DNA of 64,000 nt. Origin: Hormoscilla sp. GTDB lineage: Bacteria; Cyanobacteriota; Cyanobacteriia; Cyanobacteriales; Desertifilaceae. This document shows, piece by piece, positions 1 through 10,179 of the stretch (positions are counted from its first letter, which is position 1; each line of letters starts with the position of its first letter). Location: contig JBFRWI010000070.1 in NCBI GenBank assembly GCA_051439505.1, positions 1 through 64,000 of the forward strand. The letters run 5' to 3'. The notes below the pieces were generated by a model, which ran no database searches, had not been told where the DNA came from, and saw only the letters and a list, made by a program, of their open reading frames with translations. The position numbers and the translations under genes were made by a program.

Positions 1-279
1 CTTCTCTCGCCGAGGAAAGGATCTTCTCTCGCCGAGGAAAGGATCTTCTCTCGCCGAGGAAAGGATCTTCTCTCGCCGAGGAAAGGATCTTCTCTCGCCG
101 AGGAAAGGATCTTCTCTCGCCGAGAAAAGGATCTTTTCTCGCCGAGGAAAGGATCTTCTCTCGCCGAGGAAAGGATCTTCTCTCGCCGAGGAAAGGATCT
201 TCTCTCGCCGAGGAAAGGATCTTCTCTCGCCGAGAAAAATTTATTCTCTCATAGCGGAAAAGGATCTTCTCTCATAGCG
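1..279. repeat. 22-bp tandem array (CTTCTCTCGCCGAGGAAAGGAT), about 10 near-perfect plus 2-3 degenerate copies, truncated by window start
   Basis: Units start at 1, 23, 45, 67 ... 221 with no unique spacers; degenerate after about 235. Confidence 0.95.
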
Positions 280-503
280 TCGGTGGTTCTTCTCTTCGAG
301 GGTTTGGTCTTGCGCCCGTTGGTAGGAGACATCGCCGCCGGAACCTGCGCATGGTCCGCGTCGGAGAACCTTCGCCCGTGCTTGCATTGAGATGCACCGG
401 TTACTATATCCGGGCCAGAGTCTCCCCAAGTAGTATTCACCGGTGCTTACAAAGCATAATGCCCACCGGACCATAGATCCAGTGGGCGGTTAATTGTGGG
501 AAA

Positions 504-574
504 AGCGGGTAGCGGGAATCGAACCCGCATCAATAGCTTGGAAGGCTATGGTTTTACCACTAAACTATACCCGC
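504..574 (-). tRNA. tRNA-Gly (TCC)
   Basis: Minus strand GCGGGTATAGTTTAGTGGTAAAACCATAGCCTTCCAAGCTATTGATGCGGGTTCGATTCCCGCTACCCGCT; cloverleaf, TTCGA T-loop, anticodon loop CTTCCAA. Confidence 0.97.
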
Positions 575-685
575 ACCAGCAATATTTGCCTTTAATCAGT
601 CACCTTCAATTAATTTAGCACAACTTTTGCCAATGTCAAACCAAATTTTGCCCAAATTGGAGATTTTTTAGGAATCAACTCCCAA

Positions 686-2020
686 TCACCAGTCATCAGT
701 CACCGCCGCTTCGGGCAAGGTCACGGTCACTATTGTACCGCGATGGAGCTGAGAGTCAATCTGGATCTTACCTTTGTGATTCTCCACGATCGCCCGCGCG
801 ATCGCCAGTCCCAAACCAGAACCTCTTGGCACCCCACCAGGGGCATGACTGCGGGCCGGGTCTACTCGATAAAAGCGATCGAATAGATGAGGCAGGGCCT
901 CCTTAGGAATCCCAATACCATTATCCCGCACCTGAACTTGCAGATAACCATTATTACCCGCAGAGAGCAATTTTTGCAATTCTATCCAAATTTCGCCCCC
1001 AGCCAGAGTATATTCTAAAGCATTATCCAGCAGATTTGCCCACAAGCGAGTCAATTGATGCCAGTCTCCCTGGATGTTAAAGGCAACTGCTGCCGGTTCT
1101 ACTGGATCCTCTGGCAATTTCAGATTAAGGGTAATGTCCTTTGCCCGTGCTGGCAACTGCTGTTCGGCGTGGACCTCCATCAACAGGGCATCCAGGGGTA
1201 CCAGTTGCCACTCATGCTGCACCATCCCCCGATCGCCGCGTGCCAAAAACAGCAAATCATCCACCAGATGTCCCATGCGCCGAGTCAGCTTTTCGATCGC
1301 CTGTAACTGCTGGCGATACGGCTGGTGTTGTTCGGTAGCCGGTTCTGCCAGAGACGCTTGTACGTTAGTTTGAATCATGGCAATGGGATTTCTCAATTCG
1401 TGGGAAGCGTCAGCAGTGAACTGCTTGAGACTCAGGTAAGCTGCCCGCACCGGTTCCATAGCCAGACCCGACAGCAACCAACCAATTACTGCTGTCGATG
1501 CGACCATCAAGCTGATGCCCAAACTTAAATCTACTATCAGCTGGCGACTGGGTTTGGTAACTTCAAACCAAGGATGACTGACTCGCAGATATCCCAGAAC
1601 TCGATCTCCGAGGAGTACCGCTTCCGTCACCTGCCGCAATAGCAGTTGAGATTCGGCATTGCCGACCTGCACTGTTGCGCCGGTGCGGTTGGGGTGGAGA
1701 GGAATCTCCAGGGGTTCCGAGAGGGTAGACCACAGTAAATTTCCCGTGGGACCGAACCATTCCAGGTCAATGTGGTCATCTTCTACAACTGCTGAGCGAT
1801 CGCCAAAACTGGCTTCCAGATTCAGGCCCCATTCCGGATGCTCGGTGTCAAATACGAGCGATCGCTCTACCACTTCTACCACATGATTGAGGGTATCGTC
1901 AATCCGTTCGATGAGTGTACTCCGGACGTATAGGTAAACGCCCGTAGCAAATAGCAGCAACAACACCGCTGTCACAGCAGTATACCAGAGGGCTAAACGG
2001 CGACGGGTAGTTTGAAACAT
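686..2020 (-). CDS. Membrane sensor histidine kinase (2 TM, HisKA, HATPase_c)
   Basis: FTADASHELRNP H-box, NLLDNA, DNGIGI, FDRFYRVD, GSGLGLAI; start set at ATG of MFQTTRRRL. Confidence 0.92.
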   Translation of the reverse strand: MFQTTRRRLALWYTAVTAVLLLLFATGVYLYVRSTLIERIDDTLNHVVEVVERSLVFDTEHPEWGLNLEASFGDRSAVVEDDHIDLEWFGPTGNLLWSTLSEPLEIPLHPNRTGATVQVGNAESQLLLRQVTEAVLLGDRVLGYLRVSHPWFEVTKPSRQLIVDLSLGISLMVASTAVIGWLLSGLAMEPVRAAYLSLKQFTADASHELRNPIAMIQTNVQASLAEPATEQHQPYRQQLQAIEKLTRRMGHLVDDLLFLARGDRGMVQHEWQLVPLDALLMEVHAEQQLPARAKDITLNLKLPEDPVEPAAVAFNIQGDWHQLTRLWANLLDNALEYTLAGGEIWIELQKLLSAGNNGYLQVQVRDNGIGIPKEALPHLFDRFYRVDPARSHAPGGVPRGSGLGLAIARAIVENHKGKIQIDSQLHRGTIVTVTLPEAAVTDDW

Positions 2021-2118
2021 CTGATGGTGCCTGCCATCGCAATTAAAAATTAACAATGAACAATCAACCTGACTCAGTGATAATAAGGGAGAGTGTGAGG
2101 CTGTGTAACAACCGGGTT

Positions 2119-2862
2119 ATGTGTGAGATTCCCCAAAAAGTTTCGGTTTTCGGTCTGCCAGTCCACCTGTTAGCAGACTATGTAAGTTGGTTAGGAGCCT
2201 GTATGGACCACAACATTGGCGCTCATGTGGTGACATTGAATGCAGAAATGACCATACAAGCAGAACGCAATACCACTTTAGCCAAGATCGTCGAGCAAGC
2301 GGATTTGGTGATTCCCGATGGTTCTGGAATTATACTCTATTTGCTGCTTCAGGGGAAACATGCTCGGCGTTGTCCGGGAATTGAATTGGCCGAGTCCCTG
2401 TTGCATCAATCCGCAGCAGGTGCAAGACTTGATGGGAACTCGGTTTTTTTCTATGGGGGCGTACCTGGGGTAGCTGCTTCGGCAGCTGCCATCTGGCAGC
2501 GACAGCTACCCTCATTGGCGATCGCCGGGACCGAACACGGCTATCTGTCACCGACAGAGGAACAGAAATTGCTACTCACCCTCGAACAGCAACAACCCCG
2601 TCTGATTTATGTAGGTTTAGGGGTACCGCGCCAAGAAATTTGGATTGCCAAACATCGCTATTTATGTCCGCAAGCGATTTGGATTGGAGTTGGTGGTAGT
2701 CTAGATATCTGGGCAGGTCGCAAGCAAAGAGCGCCGATCTGGTTGCGCGATCGCCATCTAGAATGGGTTTATCGACTTTACACTGAACCAAGTCGCTGGC
2801 GGCGGATGTTGGCCCTACCCCAATTTGCTTGGCGAGCCTTATTACAATTGGCGATAAACTAA
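2119..2862 (+). CDS. WecB/TagA/CpsF family glycosyltransferase
   Basis: VVTLNAE, ADLVIPDG, VGLGVPRQE, GVGGSLD, LEWVYRL..EP.RWRR motifs; start uncertain (2056 or 2119). Confidence 0.9.
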   Translation: MCEIPQKVSVFGLPVHLLADYVSWLGACMDHNIGAHVVTLNAEMTIQAERNTTLAKIVEQADLVIPDGSGIILYLLLQGKHARRCPGIELAESLLHQSAAGARLDGNSVFFYGGVPGVAASAAAIWQRQLPSLAIAGTEHGYLSPTEEQKLLLTLEQQQPRLIYVGLGVPRQEIWIAKHRYLCPQAIWIGVGGSLDIWAGRKQRAPIWLRDRHLEWVYRLYTEPSRWRRMLALPQFAWRALLQLAIN

Positions 2863-2890
2863 AAGGGGCGTGATGTAAGGCAGAGATTTT

Positions 2891-4330
2891 ATGGCAGTCC
2901 ACTCACAAAATCCAATCAAATTCGGCACCGATGGCTGGCGAGGCGTAATTGCGGCAGATTTTACCTTCGATCGGGTGGCATTAGTGGCCCCCATTGCCGC
3001 CCAAGTGCTAGCTGAAGTTTATGGTGACACCGTCGCTAACAATACCGTGATTGTCGGTCACGATCGACGTTTCATGGCGGAAGACTTTGCACGCACGGCA
3101 GCTGAGGCAATTGCGGCGGCGGGGTTTGACGTGTTGCTAACCGAAACCTATGCCCCCACGCCTGCTTTTAGCTGGGCCGCTAAGGAAAATGATGCCTTGG
3201 GGGCGATCGTCATGACTGCTTCTCACAATCCGGGAACCTATTTGGGCTTAAAAGTCAAGGGTGCTTTTGGAGGATCTGTTTCGGGAGAAGTAACGAAACA
3301 GATTGAAGCCCGGTTGCAGCAAGAACCACCAGTAGCTTCTCGACCTGGAAAGATAGCTAAGTTCAATCCCTGGTCCAGTTACTGCGAAGTGCTGGGGTCA
3401 AAAGTAGACATCGAATTGCTTAAATCTGCCATTAGGTCGGGGAAATTGACCGTGTTTGCAGATGTGATGCATGGTGCAGCGGCTGGCGGACTAAGTCAAA
3501 TCATCGGGGTGCCAATTCGGGAAATAAATAGCGATCGCGATCCCCTGTTCGGTGGCGGTGCGCCGGAACCTCTACCCCGTTACCTGTCTGGGTTGTTTAG
3601 CTCGATCAAAAATCACCAGGGTGAGGAAGATTTAGTAGTAGGATTGGTATTTGATGGAGATTGCGATCGCATCGCCGCAGCCGATGGACAAGGAAACTTC
3701 CTGAGTTCCCAATTTTTAATCCCCATCCTCATCCAACACCTAGCAGCAAGCAGGGGATTGACAGGGGAAGTAATCAAAACTATCAGCGGTTCCGACTTGA
3801 TACCCAAGGTAGCGAATCTCTACGATCTGCCAGTACATGAGACAGCAATTGGTTTCAAATATATCGCCGATCGCATGTTATCAACCCAGGTATTAATTGG
3901 CGGCGAGGAGTCCGGGGGTATAGGTTATAGCACTCACATTCCCGAACGGGATGCCCTGCTGTCGGCCCTTTACGTGCTCGAAGCAGTGGTTCAATCCGGT
4001 CGAGATTTGAGCGATATTTATCGTGACTTGCAAGCAGAAACGGGTTATACTTCTGCCTATGACCGGATTGACTTGCCTCTGGCCAGTATGGAAGTGCGAT
4101 CGCGCATTATCTCCCAACTGCAAGCAAATCCCTTAACAGAAATTGCGGGTCAATCTGTGGTCGATTGTAACACAGTGGATGGCTACAAATTTCGGTTAGC
4201 CGATGGTAGCTGGCTGATAGTGCGCTTTAGCGGCACCGAACCCTTGCTGCGGCTATACTGTGAAGCAGCTACACTGCAACAGGTACACAAAACTTTAGAA
4301 TGGGCTAAGAATTGGGCAAATCAATTCTAA
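2891..4330 (+). CDS. Phosphoglucomutase/phosphomannomutase family protein
   Basis: FGTDGWRG, TASHNP active-site Ser, DGDCDR metal loop, GGEESGG, RFSGTEP. Confidence 0.95.
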   Translation: MAVHSQNPIKFGTDGWRGVIAADFTFDRVALVAPIAAQVLAEVYGDTVANNTVIVGHDRRFMAEDFARTAAEAIAAAGFDVLLTETYAPTPAFSWAAKENDALGAIVMTASHNPGTYLGLKVKGAFGGSVSGEVTKQIEARLQQEPPVASRPGKIAKFNPWSSYCEVLGSKVDIELLKSAIRSGKLTVFADVMHGAAAGGLSQIIGVPIREINSDRDPLFGGGAPEPLPRYLSGLFSSIKNHQGEEDLVVGLVFDGDCDRIAAADGQGNFLSSQFLIPILIQHLAASRGLTGEVIKTISGSDLIPKVANLYDLPVHETAIGFKYIADRMLSTQVLIGGEESGGIGYSTHIPERDALLSALYVLEAVVQSGRDLSDIYRDLQAETGYTSAYDRIDLPLASMEVRSRIISQLQANPLTEIAGQSVVDCNTVDGYKFRLADGSWLIVRFSGTEPLLRLYCEAATLQQVHKTLEWAKNWANQF

Positions 4331-4367
4331 ATTTTGGCACGCAAATTGCTAATGGCAAGATCGAATC

Positions 4368-4409
4368 ACCATTGACAATTTACCATTGACAATTTACCAT
4401 TGACAATTT
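4368..4409. repeat. STRR-like short tandem repeat (ACCATTGACAATTT x3)
   Basis: 14-bp unit repeated three times between the PGM gene and rdgB. Confidence 0.8.
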
Positions 4410-4414
4410 TCAAG

Positions 4415-4990
4415 ATGAAATTATTAGTAGTAGCTACTGGCAACCCAGGGAAAGTCAAGGAAATGCAGCTCTTTTTGGCTGATTTGGGCTACTCATTCCA
4501 GCTCAAACCAGATGAGTTGGAGATAGAAGAGACGGGCGATAGCTTCATGGCCAATGCTTGCCTGAAAGCTTCTGAAGTGGCAAAAGCGACTGGCCAATGG
4601 GCGATCGCCGATGACTCGGGTTTAGCAGTAGAAGCCCTGAATGGCGCTCCTGGGATTTATTCCGCCCGTTATGGTAGCACCGATGACGATCGGATTAGCA
4701 GGTTGCTAAGCTCACTGTCAGATGCTACCAATCGGAGAGCCCAGTTTGTCTGCGCGATCGCGATCGCGCGTCCGGACGGCGAAATTGCCTGCACTACTGA
4801 AGGCGTCTGTGATGGAGAAATTCTCCACGCCAAACGCGGGACTGGCGGTTTCGGCTACGACCCAATTTTTTACCTGAAAGAGCAGCAGCTCACCTTTGCC
4901 GAAATGACCACTTCACAAAAGCAAAGCTACTCTCATCGCGGGAAAGCTTTGTCCGCGCTGCGGTCAAAGCTGCCGCTGTTAGAGTTCTGA
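4415..4990 (+). CDS. rdgB: RdgB/HAM1 non-canonical purine NTP pyrophosphatase
   Basis: ATGNPGK, ADDSGL, GAPGIYSAR, GFGYDPIF, SHRGKA. Confidence 0.95.
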   Translation: MKLLVVATGNPGKVKEMQLFLADLGYSFQLKPDELEIEETGDSFMANACLKASEVAKATGQWAIADDSGLAVEALNGAPGIYSARYGSTDDDRISRLLSSLSDATNRRAQFVCAIAIARPDGEIACTTEGVCDGEILHAKRGTGGFGYDPIFYLKEQQLTFAEMTTSQKQSYSHRGKALSALRSKLPLLEF

Positions 4991-5011
4991 GTAATGGCCC
5001 ATCCCGAATCC

Positions 5012-5362
<351 letters not shown>

Positions 5363-5462
5363 TCAACTCAAACTTGTCCTGTAACTTTTTTGCTAGCATG
5401 GTTTTTATTACCATCGCTACTCCCTGGCATTTTGTCTTATATGTTACCAAAATTACGATTCT

Positions 5463-6032
5463 TTAGCGCCCTTTTGAAAGGGGGCGGACAATCAAAAAGC
5501 CAGCACCAAAAGCAAAGATAACAATTAAAAAGATCGCCACAGCTAGCCATATACCACTCACCTCGGAAGCTGCTTCTGGCGGTTCCGGGCGACGATACCT
5601 ACCCTCTTCCCGTTCGGTCAACAAGGTTTTGTCCTTTGGTGCGGACGCTTCTGGAGCTGCTGGCCCCAGCAGCAATTCGGTGGCCGCAGGCGGTCCCGGA
5701 GCGGAGCCATTGGGTGGTGGCACTGGTTCGGTTTTTTGTCCTATCGGGGGGCCAGCAGCTGGTTCAAAGGAGTTGGCTACCTGTTGCAGGTAGATAGCTG
5801 AAGAGACAAGCTTTTGAATTTCCTGTCGCAACTGCTGATTTTGTCTAGTTAACTGCTGGTTTTCGGCCTTGAGGAACTCCACCCTTTTCTGGTTAGCTTG
5901 CATTTGTTCGGCTAACTCTCGGTAGACTGATATCGGCACCGAGGGGGCGTAGTTTTTGGCTCCGTTTGACATCACTTGACTAGATGCGGTAACATTAGGC
6001 ATATGCTGCTTACCATTTAAGGGATTGTTCAT
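5463..6032 (-). CDS. Hypothetical coiled-coil protein with Pro-rich linker and C-terminal membrane anchor
   Basis: SVPISVYRELA motif, heptad coil, hydrophobic C-terminus. Confidence 0.75.
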   Translation of the reverse strand: MNNPLNGKQHMPNVTASSQVMSNGAKNYAPSVPISVYRELAEQMQANQKRVEFLKAENQQLTRQNQQLRQEIQKLVSSAIYLQQVANSFEPAAGPPIGQKTEPVPPPNGSAPGPPAATELLLGPAAPEASAPKDKTLLTEREEGRYRRPEPPEAASEVSGIWLAVAIFLIVIFAFGAGFLIVRPLSKGR

Positions 6033-6123
6033 GGGTTCAATGGAATTTTTCTAGCACAATTTTTGCAGTAGACGACCCATGCATCACAATTATTGAGCAT
6101 CTTTATCCCATTGCCACAGTGCC

Positions 6124-6558
6124 ATGAATAACCCGATCGGACCGATAGATTCAGATTCTACAGGGGACAGCACCCACCAGATGAAGTATGGCGAGCGCCA
6201 GATAGCCGCAGGAGAGTTGATTACCTTCGACAATCCTCGCATCGGACGCCGCTATGATATCTACATTACCTTGCCAGAGTTCACTTGTAAATGTCCCTTT
6301 TCGGGCTATCCTGACTTTGCTACGATTTACCTCACCTACGTGCCCGACAAGCTCGTGGTGGAGCTGAAGGCCCTGAAGCTCTATATTAACGGCTTTCGCG
6401 ATCGCTACATCTCCCACGAAGAGACGGCCAATCTGATCCTGGATGACTTCGTCGCGGCCTGCGACCCTCTGGAGGCGACCGTCAAGGCCGATTTTTCCCC
6501 CCGGGGCAACGTGCATACGGTGATTGAGGTCCGTCACAGTAAATCTACTGGTCAGTAG
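6124..6558 (+). CDS. queF: NADPH-dependent 7-cyano-7-deazaguanine (preQ0) reductase
   Basis: [32 protein letters not shown]. Confidence 0.96.
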   Translation: MNNPIGPIDSDSTGDSTHQMKYGERQIAAGELITFDNPRIGRRYDIYITLPEFTCKCPFSGYPDFATIYLTYVPDKLVVELKALKLYINGFRDRYISHEETANLILDDFVAACDPLEATVKADFSPRGNVHTVIEVRHSKSTGQ

Positions 6559-7924
6559 GGCTGCTTGCCTGCTGAGGCTGAGTAAGCTGGTCTAAAATCT
6601 GGCTCAATTCGCGCTCGAAGGCGACTTGGGCGCGGTTGGTTCTACCGCCGACGTAAAAGCGATCGCCCTTTTGCAGGGCCCAAACTTGGGAGTGAGAAAC
6701 ATAGCTCATCAGTACCCCCAGCATCAGCAGACCAAACCCAGTATAAATGATCGGGATGCCCGGATCGGCTTTTATTTGCAGGCCAGTGCTGCCAATCACG
6801 TCGATAATTTTCAGGGTAACGCCGTTGACTTCCAGGGACATGCCCTTGCGGACCGTATTTATCAGTTGACCGGCTTCGTCATAAACCATAAGAGTTCCCT
6901 GTAAATCTCTCATCAACAGGACGACGCCAGCAGTTAAGTCCGGTTTAGTGGGAATCCAACTACCCCAGAGACGACCTTCACCGTTAGTATCCAGCAGGGC
7001 CATCGGTAGTTGCAAGATGGGACTGTTGTTGACCTGGATTTGGACAGCGGCAATACCCCAATCTGCTTGATACAGTGTAACTCCCCGATAGCGCAGGGGT
7101 TCGTTAACGTGAATTGTCTTGTGTGCGACTTCCTCTCCCTGGGAGTCCAAGACTGACAGGTCCGAGTAAAATTGGTCGATCGCCCCTGAAGTAGTGTAGT
7201 CAATCCAGAAGCGATTTACCCGCACTGACCAATCTTGGGTACTTTCGGGTCTGGCAAAACGACCTGCCTCGACGAGATTGGTAATTTGGAAAGTTTCACC
7301 ACTGGGGATCATTTCCTGGGCGACAAAGCCTGTTTGAGAGCCCGCGATCGCCCCTGCTAAAATAATCAGCATGCTAGCATGGACGATAATGGGGCCGATC
7401 TTGCCGATGATGCCTTTGCGGGCGTAGAGGGAATCTCCTTCTCGGAAGACGCGATAACGTGACGCTTGCAAGATCTTTTCTATGGTCTCATTACTCCCGG
7501 TATTTAATTCCGTACTCAGGGCTAATTTCTCAAACTGGCTGGGTTTTTCGTAATATTTCCACCGTCGCGCCCCTTTTAATGCGGGCAATTGGCGGGTGAA
7601 AGTACATGCTGTCAGACTGCTGCCAAAGAAGATCAGGAGTGCTAAAAACCACCAGGTTTTATACACGCGATCTAGTCCTAGCAGGATGATGACTTTCCAA
7701 GTTAAAAATCCAAATAGCGCTGGATTCTCCGGATAGTTTTGCTGGTAAAATGCTATGCTTTCACCCTGTTCTATCACTGTCCCCGAAATGCTGAATAGGG
7801 CGATCGCCAGCAAGAGGACGATCGCCAGTCGCAAGTCCGCCAGGACTGGCAATAACTCTTGCTTAAACCACTTCTGGGGGATTTTCCACCATCTTTCATT
7901 TTGCGGCAATTTTTCTGAAGTCAT
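6545..7924 (-). CDS. ccs1: Cytochrome c biogenesis protein Ccs1/ResB
   Basis: [37 protein letters not shown]; follows ccdA. Confidence 0.93.
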   Translation of the reverse strand: MTSEKLPQNERWWKIPQKWFKQELLPVLADLRLAIVLLLAIALFSISGTVIEQGESIAFYQQNYPENPALFGFLTWKVIILLGLDRVYKTWWFLALLIFFGSSLTACTFTRQLPALKGARRWKYYEKPSQFEKLALSTELNTGSNETIEKILQASRYRVFREGDSLYARKGIIGKIGPIIVHASMLIILAGAIAGSQTGFVAQEMIPSGETFQITNLVEAGRFARPESTQDWSVRVNRFWIDYTTSGAIDQFYSDLSVLDSQGEEVAHKTIHVNEPLRYRGVTLYQADWGIAAVQIQVNNSPILQLPMALLDTNGEGRLWGSWIPTKPDLTAGVVLLMRDLQGTLMVYDEAGQLINTVRKGMSLEVNGVTLKIIDVIGSTGLQIKADPGIPIIYTGFGLLMLGVLMSYVSHSQVWALQKGDRFYVGGRTNRAQVAFERELSQILDQLTQPQQASSPTDQ

Positions 7925-8015
7925 TTGCTAATTGCTAATTGTTCATTGCTAATTTTTCATTGAGATCTAGTATGTATTGCCCAGCTGACTATTTTTCCCA
8001 TTTATTATCGCCATT

Positions 8016-8753
8016 TTAAGTTGTGGGAATTAAGCGCCATAGGAGGGTGAAAACACCAAATCCCACTAATAATACTCCACTAGCGGGTGTAATCCAACCC
8101 GACCAGCGCCGCAATTCTAACAGCTTTTTAATCGAGGCGGTGAAGGTTCCCGCTAAAACTAAGGGCCCGACGTAGCCGGCGGCGTAGGATAGCAGGAAGA
8201 TACTCCCCAGGATCGGGTTTTCGGTGGTAGAGATCCAGGCTAGCAAGGTGGCCAATACGGGAGTACTGCAAGGAGATGCTACTAAACCAAAGGTTAAACC
8301 GAGGAGATAGGAACGGACCCCTGGGGGTAAGTCTTTGGAGATCCATTCGGTGTCGCCAAAGGATGGTAGTTGTAGGGGTAAGGCTTCTAGGAGATGCAAC
8401 CCCATGACGATCGCGATTATACTAACGACGATCGGTAAGCCAATGCCGATTTGTCCGTAGACTTTACCCAAGACTGCTGCGATAATTCCCATACCTGCCA
8501 GAGTTGTGGCTAATCCCAGGGCAAACCAGGTAGATTGGGCAGCTGCTTGAATGCGACTTTTGGCTTCGTAGCCGCCGATATAGCCGATGGTGATTGGCAG
8601 CATGGATAGCATACAGGGAGTGAGGCTTGTGAGCAACCCGGCGGCGAATATGACGCCTATACTCAGCCAACTCAGGTGTGTCAGTTGCTGGGAAACGAGG
8701 TTTTCCCCTAGTTGTTGCAGTTGGTACAGTCCGATGGAGAGTTTTTCGAGCAT
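8016..8753 (-). CDS. ccdA: Cytochrome c biogenesis protein CcdA (DsbD TM domain)
   Basis: SLTPCMLSMLPI and ASPCSTPVL Cys motifs, multi-TM. Confidence 0.93.
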   Translation of the reverse strand: MLEKLSIGLYQLQQLGENLVSQQLTHLSWLSIGVIFAAGLLTSLTPCMLSMLPITIGYIGGYEAKSRIQAAAQSTWFALGLATTLAGMGIIAAVLGKVYGQIGIGLPIVVSIIAIVMGLHLLEALPLQLPSFGDTEWISKDLPPGVRSYLLGLTFGLVASPCSTPVLATLLAWISTTENPILGSIFLLSYAAGYVGPLVLAGTFTASIKKLLELRRWSGWITPASGVLLVGFGVFTLLWRLIPTT

Positions 8754-9183
8754 GGGATCGACTAGGCGTTTGTCAGTTTCAATTGAGATCGAGTATAGTC
8801 GTCAACAGGGCGGTCTAAACCGCTATACAGAACCAAACCCGCGCAGGTGGGTTTGTCCACTCCTGATTTTTTCGCAGTCCGCCTGCGCGGACTGCGTTTT
8901 TGTCCCTGGGAATTCGATGCGCAACGGGTTTGGTGCTGAAGATATTTTACCCTATACCTCCTGGGCAGGCTCGTCGGTTGAGTGTATCTGGTATGCAGGC
9001 ACGGGCGAAGCCAATGGAATTGTATATTTGTCAATTGATGACTTATTTTGCGGTCGGGTGAGCGTATGCCGTTGGGTCGATCCGAGTGCGGGATACCCTA
9101 CAGATATATTTGCAAATATGAGATACACCGTTCCGATCGCCCTCCATCTCACCCCCAGCAAGGCGATCGGGCGTTTTTTCCAG

Positions 9184-9528
9184 CTATAATTCAATCTCCA
9201 TCACCAGTGCTAGGGCCAAAGTAATTGCTTGCATTTCCGTCTCATCAACGGTCCCTAATTGTCTAATCAACCTTTCTGTGGAGACTGAATTTAATTGGAA
9301 TGCATCTGCTGCTGATAGCTTATTCAACCCATTCGACCTACTGGGTTCCACCCTCACCATCCATTCCAGTTCGGCAAAATACTCTTGCCATTCTGTCATC
9401 GGGACAATGATTTTGAGTGGCAAAATTCCAACGGCATCTTTACTGACAATAACTGCTGGACGAGTTTTGCCCATTTCAGAACCAACTGTCGGATCGAGTG
9501 TCACTAACCAGACTTCACCTCTACGCAT
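9184..9528 (-). CDS. PemK/MazF family toxin
   Basis: RRGEVWLVTLDPTVGSEMGKTRPAVIVS; overlaps upstream small gene by 8 bp. Confidence 0.92.
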   Translation of the reverse strand: MRRGEVWLVTLDPTVGSEMGKTRPAVIVSKDAVGILPLKIIVPMTEWQEYFAELEWMVRVEPSRSNGLNKLSAADAFQLNSVSTERLIRQLGTVDETEMQAITLALALVMEIEL

Positions 9529-9796
9529 TTGCCTTTACCTCTTCTCTAGGATATTCATCCTCTGATGAGTAGTAGGGTTTGCTGTCAGGCGACCACAAAT
9601 TTGCTAATGAACCTCCTGGTAGATAGTCTGGGAGTGCTTTCTTCGCTGCTTCTTCTAGTCGCCGATCGCGTTCTGCTTTCTGGAGCGCTTTTTGTTCCGC
9701 TTCTTCCCGCATCAAACGGGCCGCTGTTTCGATGACGATCGCCCGCTCTTCATTTTTCATCTCCTTGAGTGCTGATAATATTTCCTCTATTGTCAT
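9521..9796 (-). CDS. Putative antitoxin of the PemK/MazF toxin
   Basis: Small helical ORF overlapping toxin start; GAGG RBS; extended -10 TGATAGAAT at 9823-9831 (minus). Confidence 0.75.
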   Translation of the reverse strand: MTIEEILSALKEMKNEERAIVIETAARLMREEAEQKALQKAERDRRLEEAAKKALPDYLPGGSLANLWSPDSKPYYSSEDEYPREEVKANA

Positions 9797-9837
9797 GGGG
9801 TACCTCAATAACTCTTGACTCTATTCTATCACATTTC

Positions 9838-9987
9838 CTTAGCATTTACCGCCCCGATCGGGTGCTGCTTTCTGAAGCGCTTTGCGTTCTGCTTCTTCCC
9901 GCATCAAACGGGCCCCTGCGAGATCGCGATCGGGCGATCGTCATTTTTCATCTGCTTGAGGGCTGATAATATTTCCTGCATTGTCAT
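9838..9987 (-). pseudogene. Degenerate frameshifted duplicate of the antitoxin 5' half
   Basis: Reads MTMQEILSALKQMKND versus MTIEEILSALKEMKNE; 1-nt loss gives TGA after 27 codons; DNA similarity continues downstream. Confidence 0.85.
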
Positions 9988-10016
9988 GACTTTGCCCGCA
10001 AATAACTGTTTGCTAA

Positions 10017-10025
10017 ATTATATCA
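10017..10025 (-). promoter_or_regulatory. Extended -10 element TGATATAAT upstream of the antitoxin duplicate
   Basis: Consensus TGnTATAAT about 30 nt upstream of ATG 9987, same geometry as the intact copy. Confidence 0.5.
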
Positions 10026-10085
10026 TTTTACCATGCGGTAGGTTTAGTTGAGTGGGACTAATAAACCCGGTTTCTGGGTATGCTT

Positions 10086-10177
10086 TCCTGTTGTTATGTA
10101 GCTGCGTAGGTTGGGTTGAGGCACGAAACCCAACATCACCCATACCGTTGGGTTTCCTTACGTCAACCCAACCTACA
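10086..10177. repeat. GTAG-type palindromic dispersed repeat (GTAGGTTGGGTT...AACCCAACCTAC); related copies near 13470-13510, 40513-40596, 50439-50583
   Basis: Inverted arms and several copies in the window. Confidence 0.85.
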
Positions 10178-10179
10178 GG

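Noticed and set aside
1..279. Possible CRISPR array
   Set aside because: Units are contiguous with no unique spacers; no cas genes in the window
5443..5456. NtcA box upstream of glnB (GTA-N8-AAC on minus strand)
   Set aside because: One mismatch to GTA-N8-TAC and no TAN3T at the canonical spacing; not supportable from sequence alone
8587..9194. ORFs of 200, 90 and 80 aa between ccdA and the toxin
   Set aside because: They overlap ccdA antisense or palindromic repeats and show no recognisable motifs
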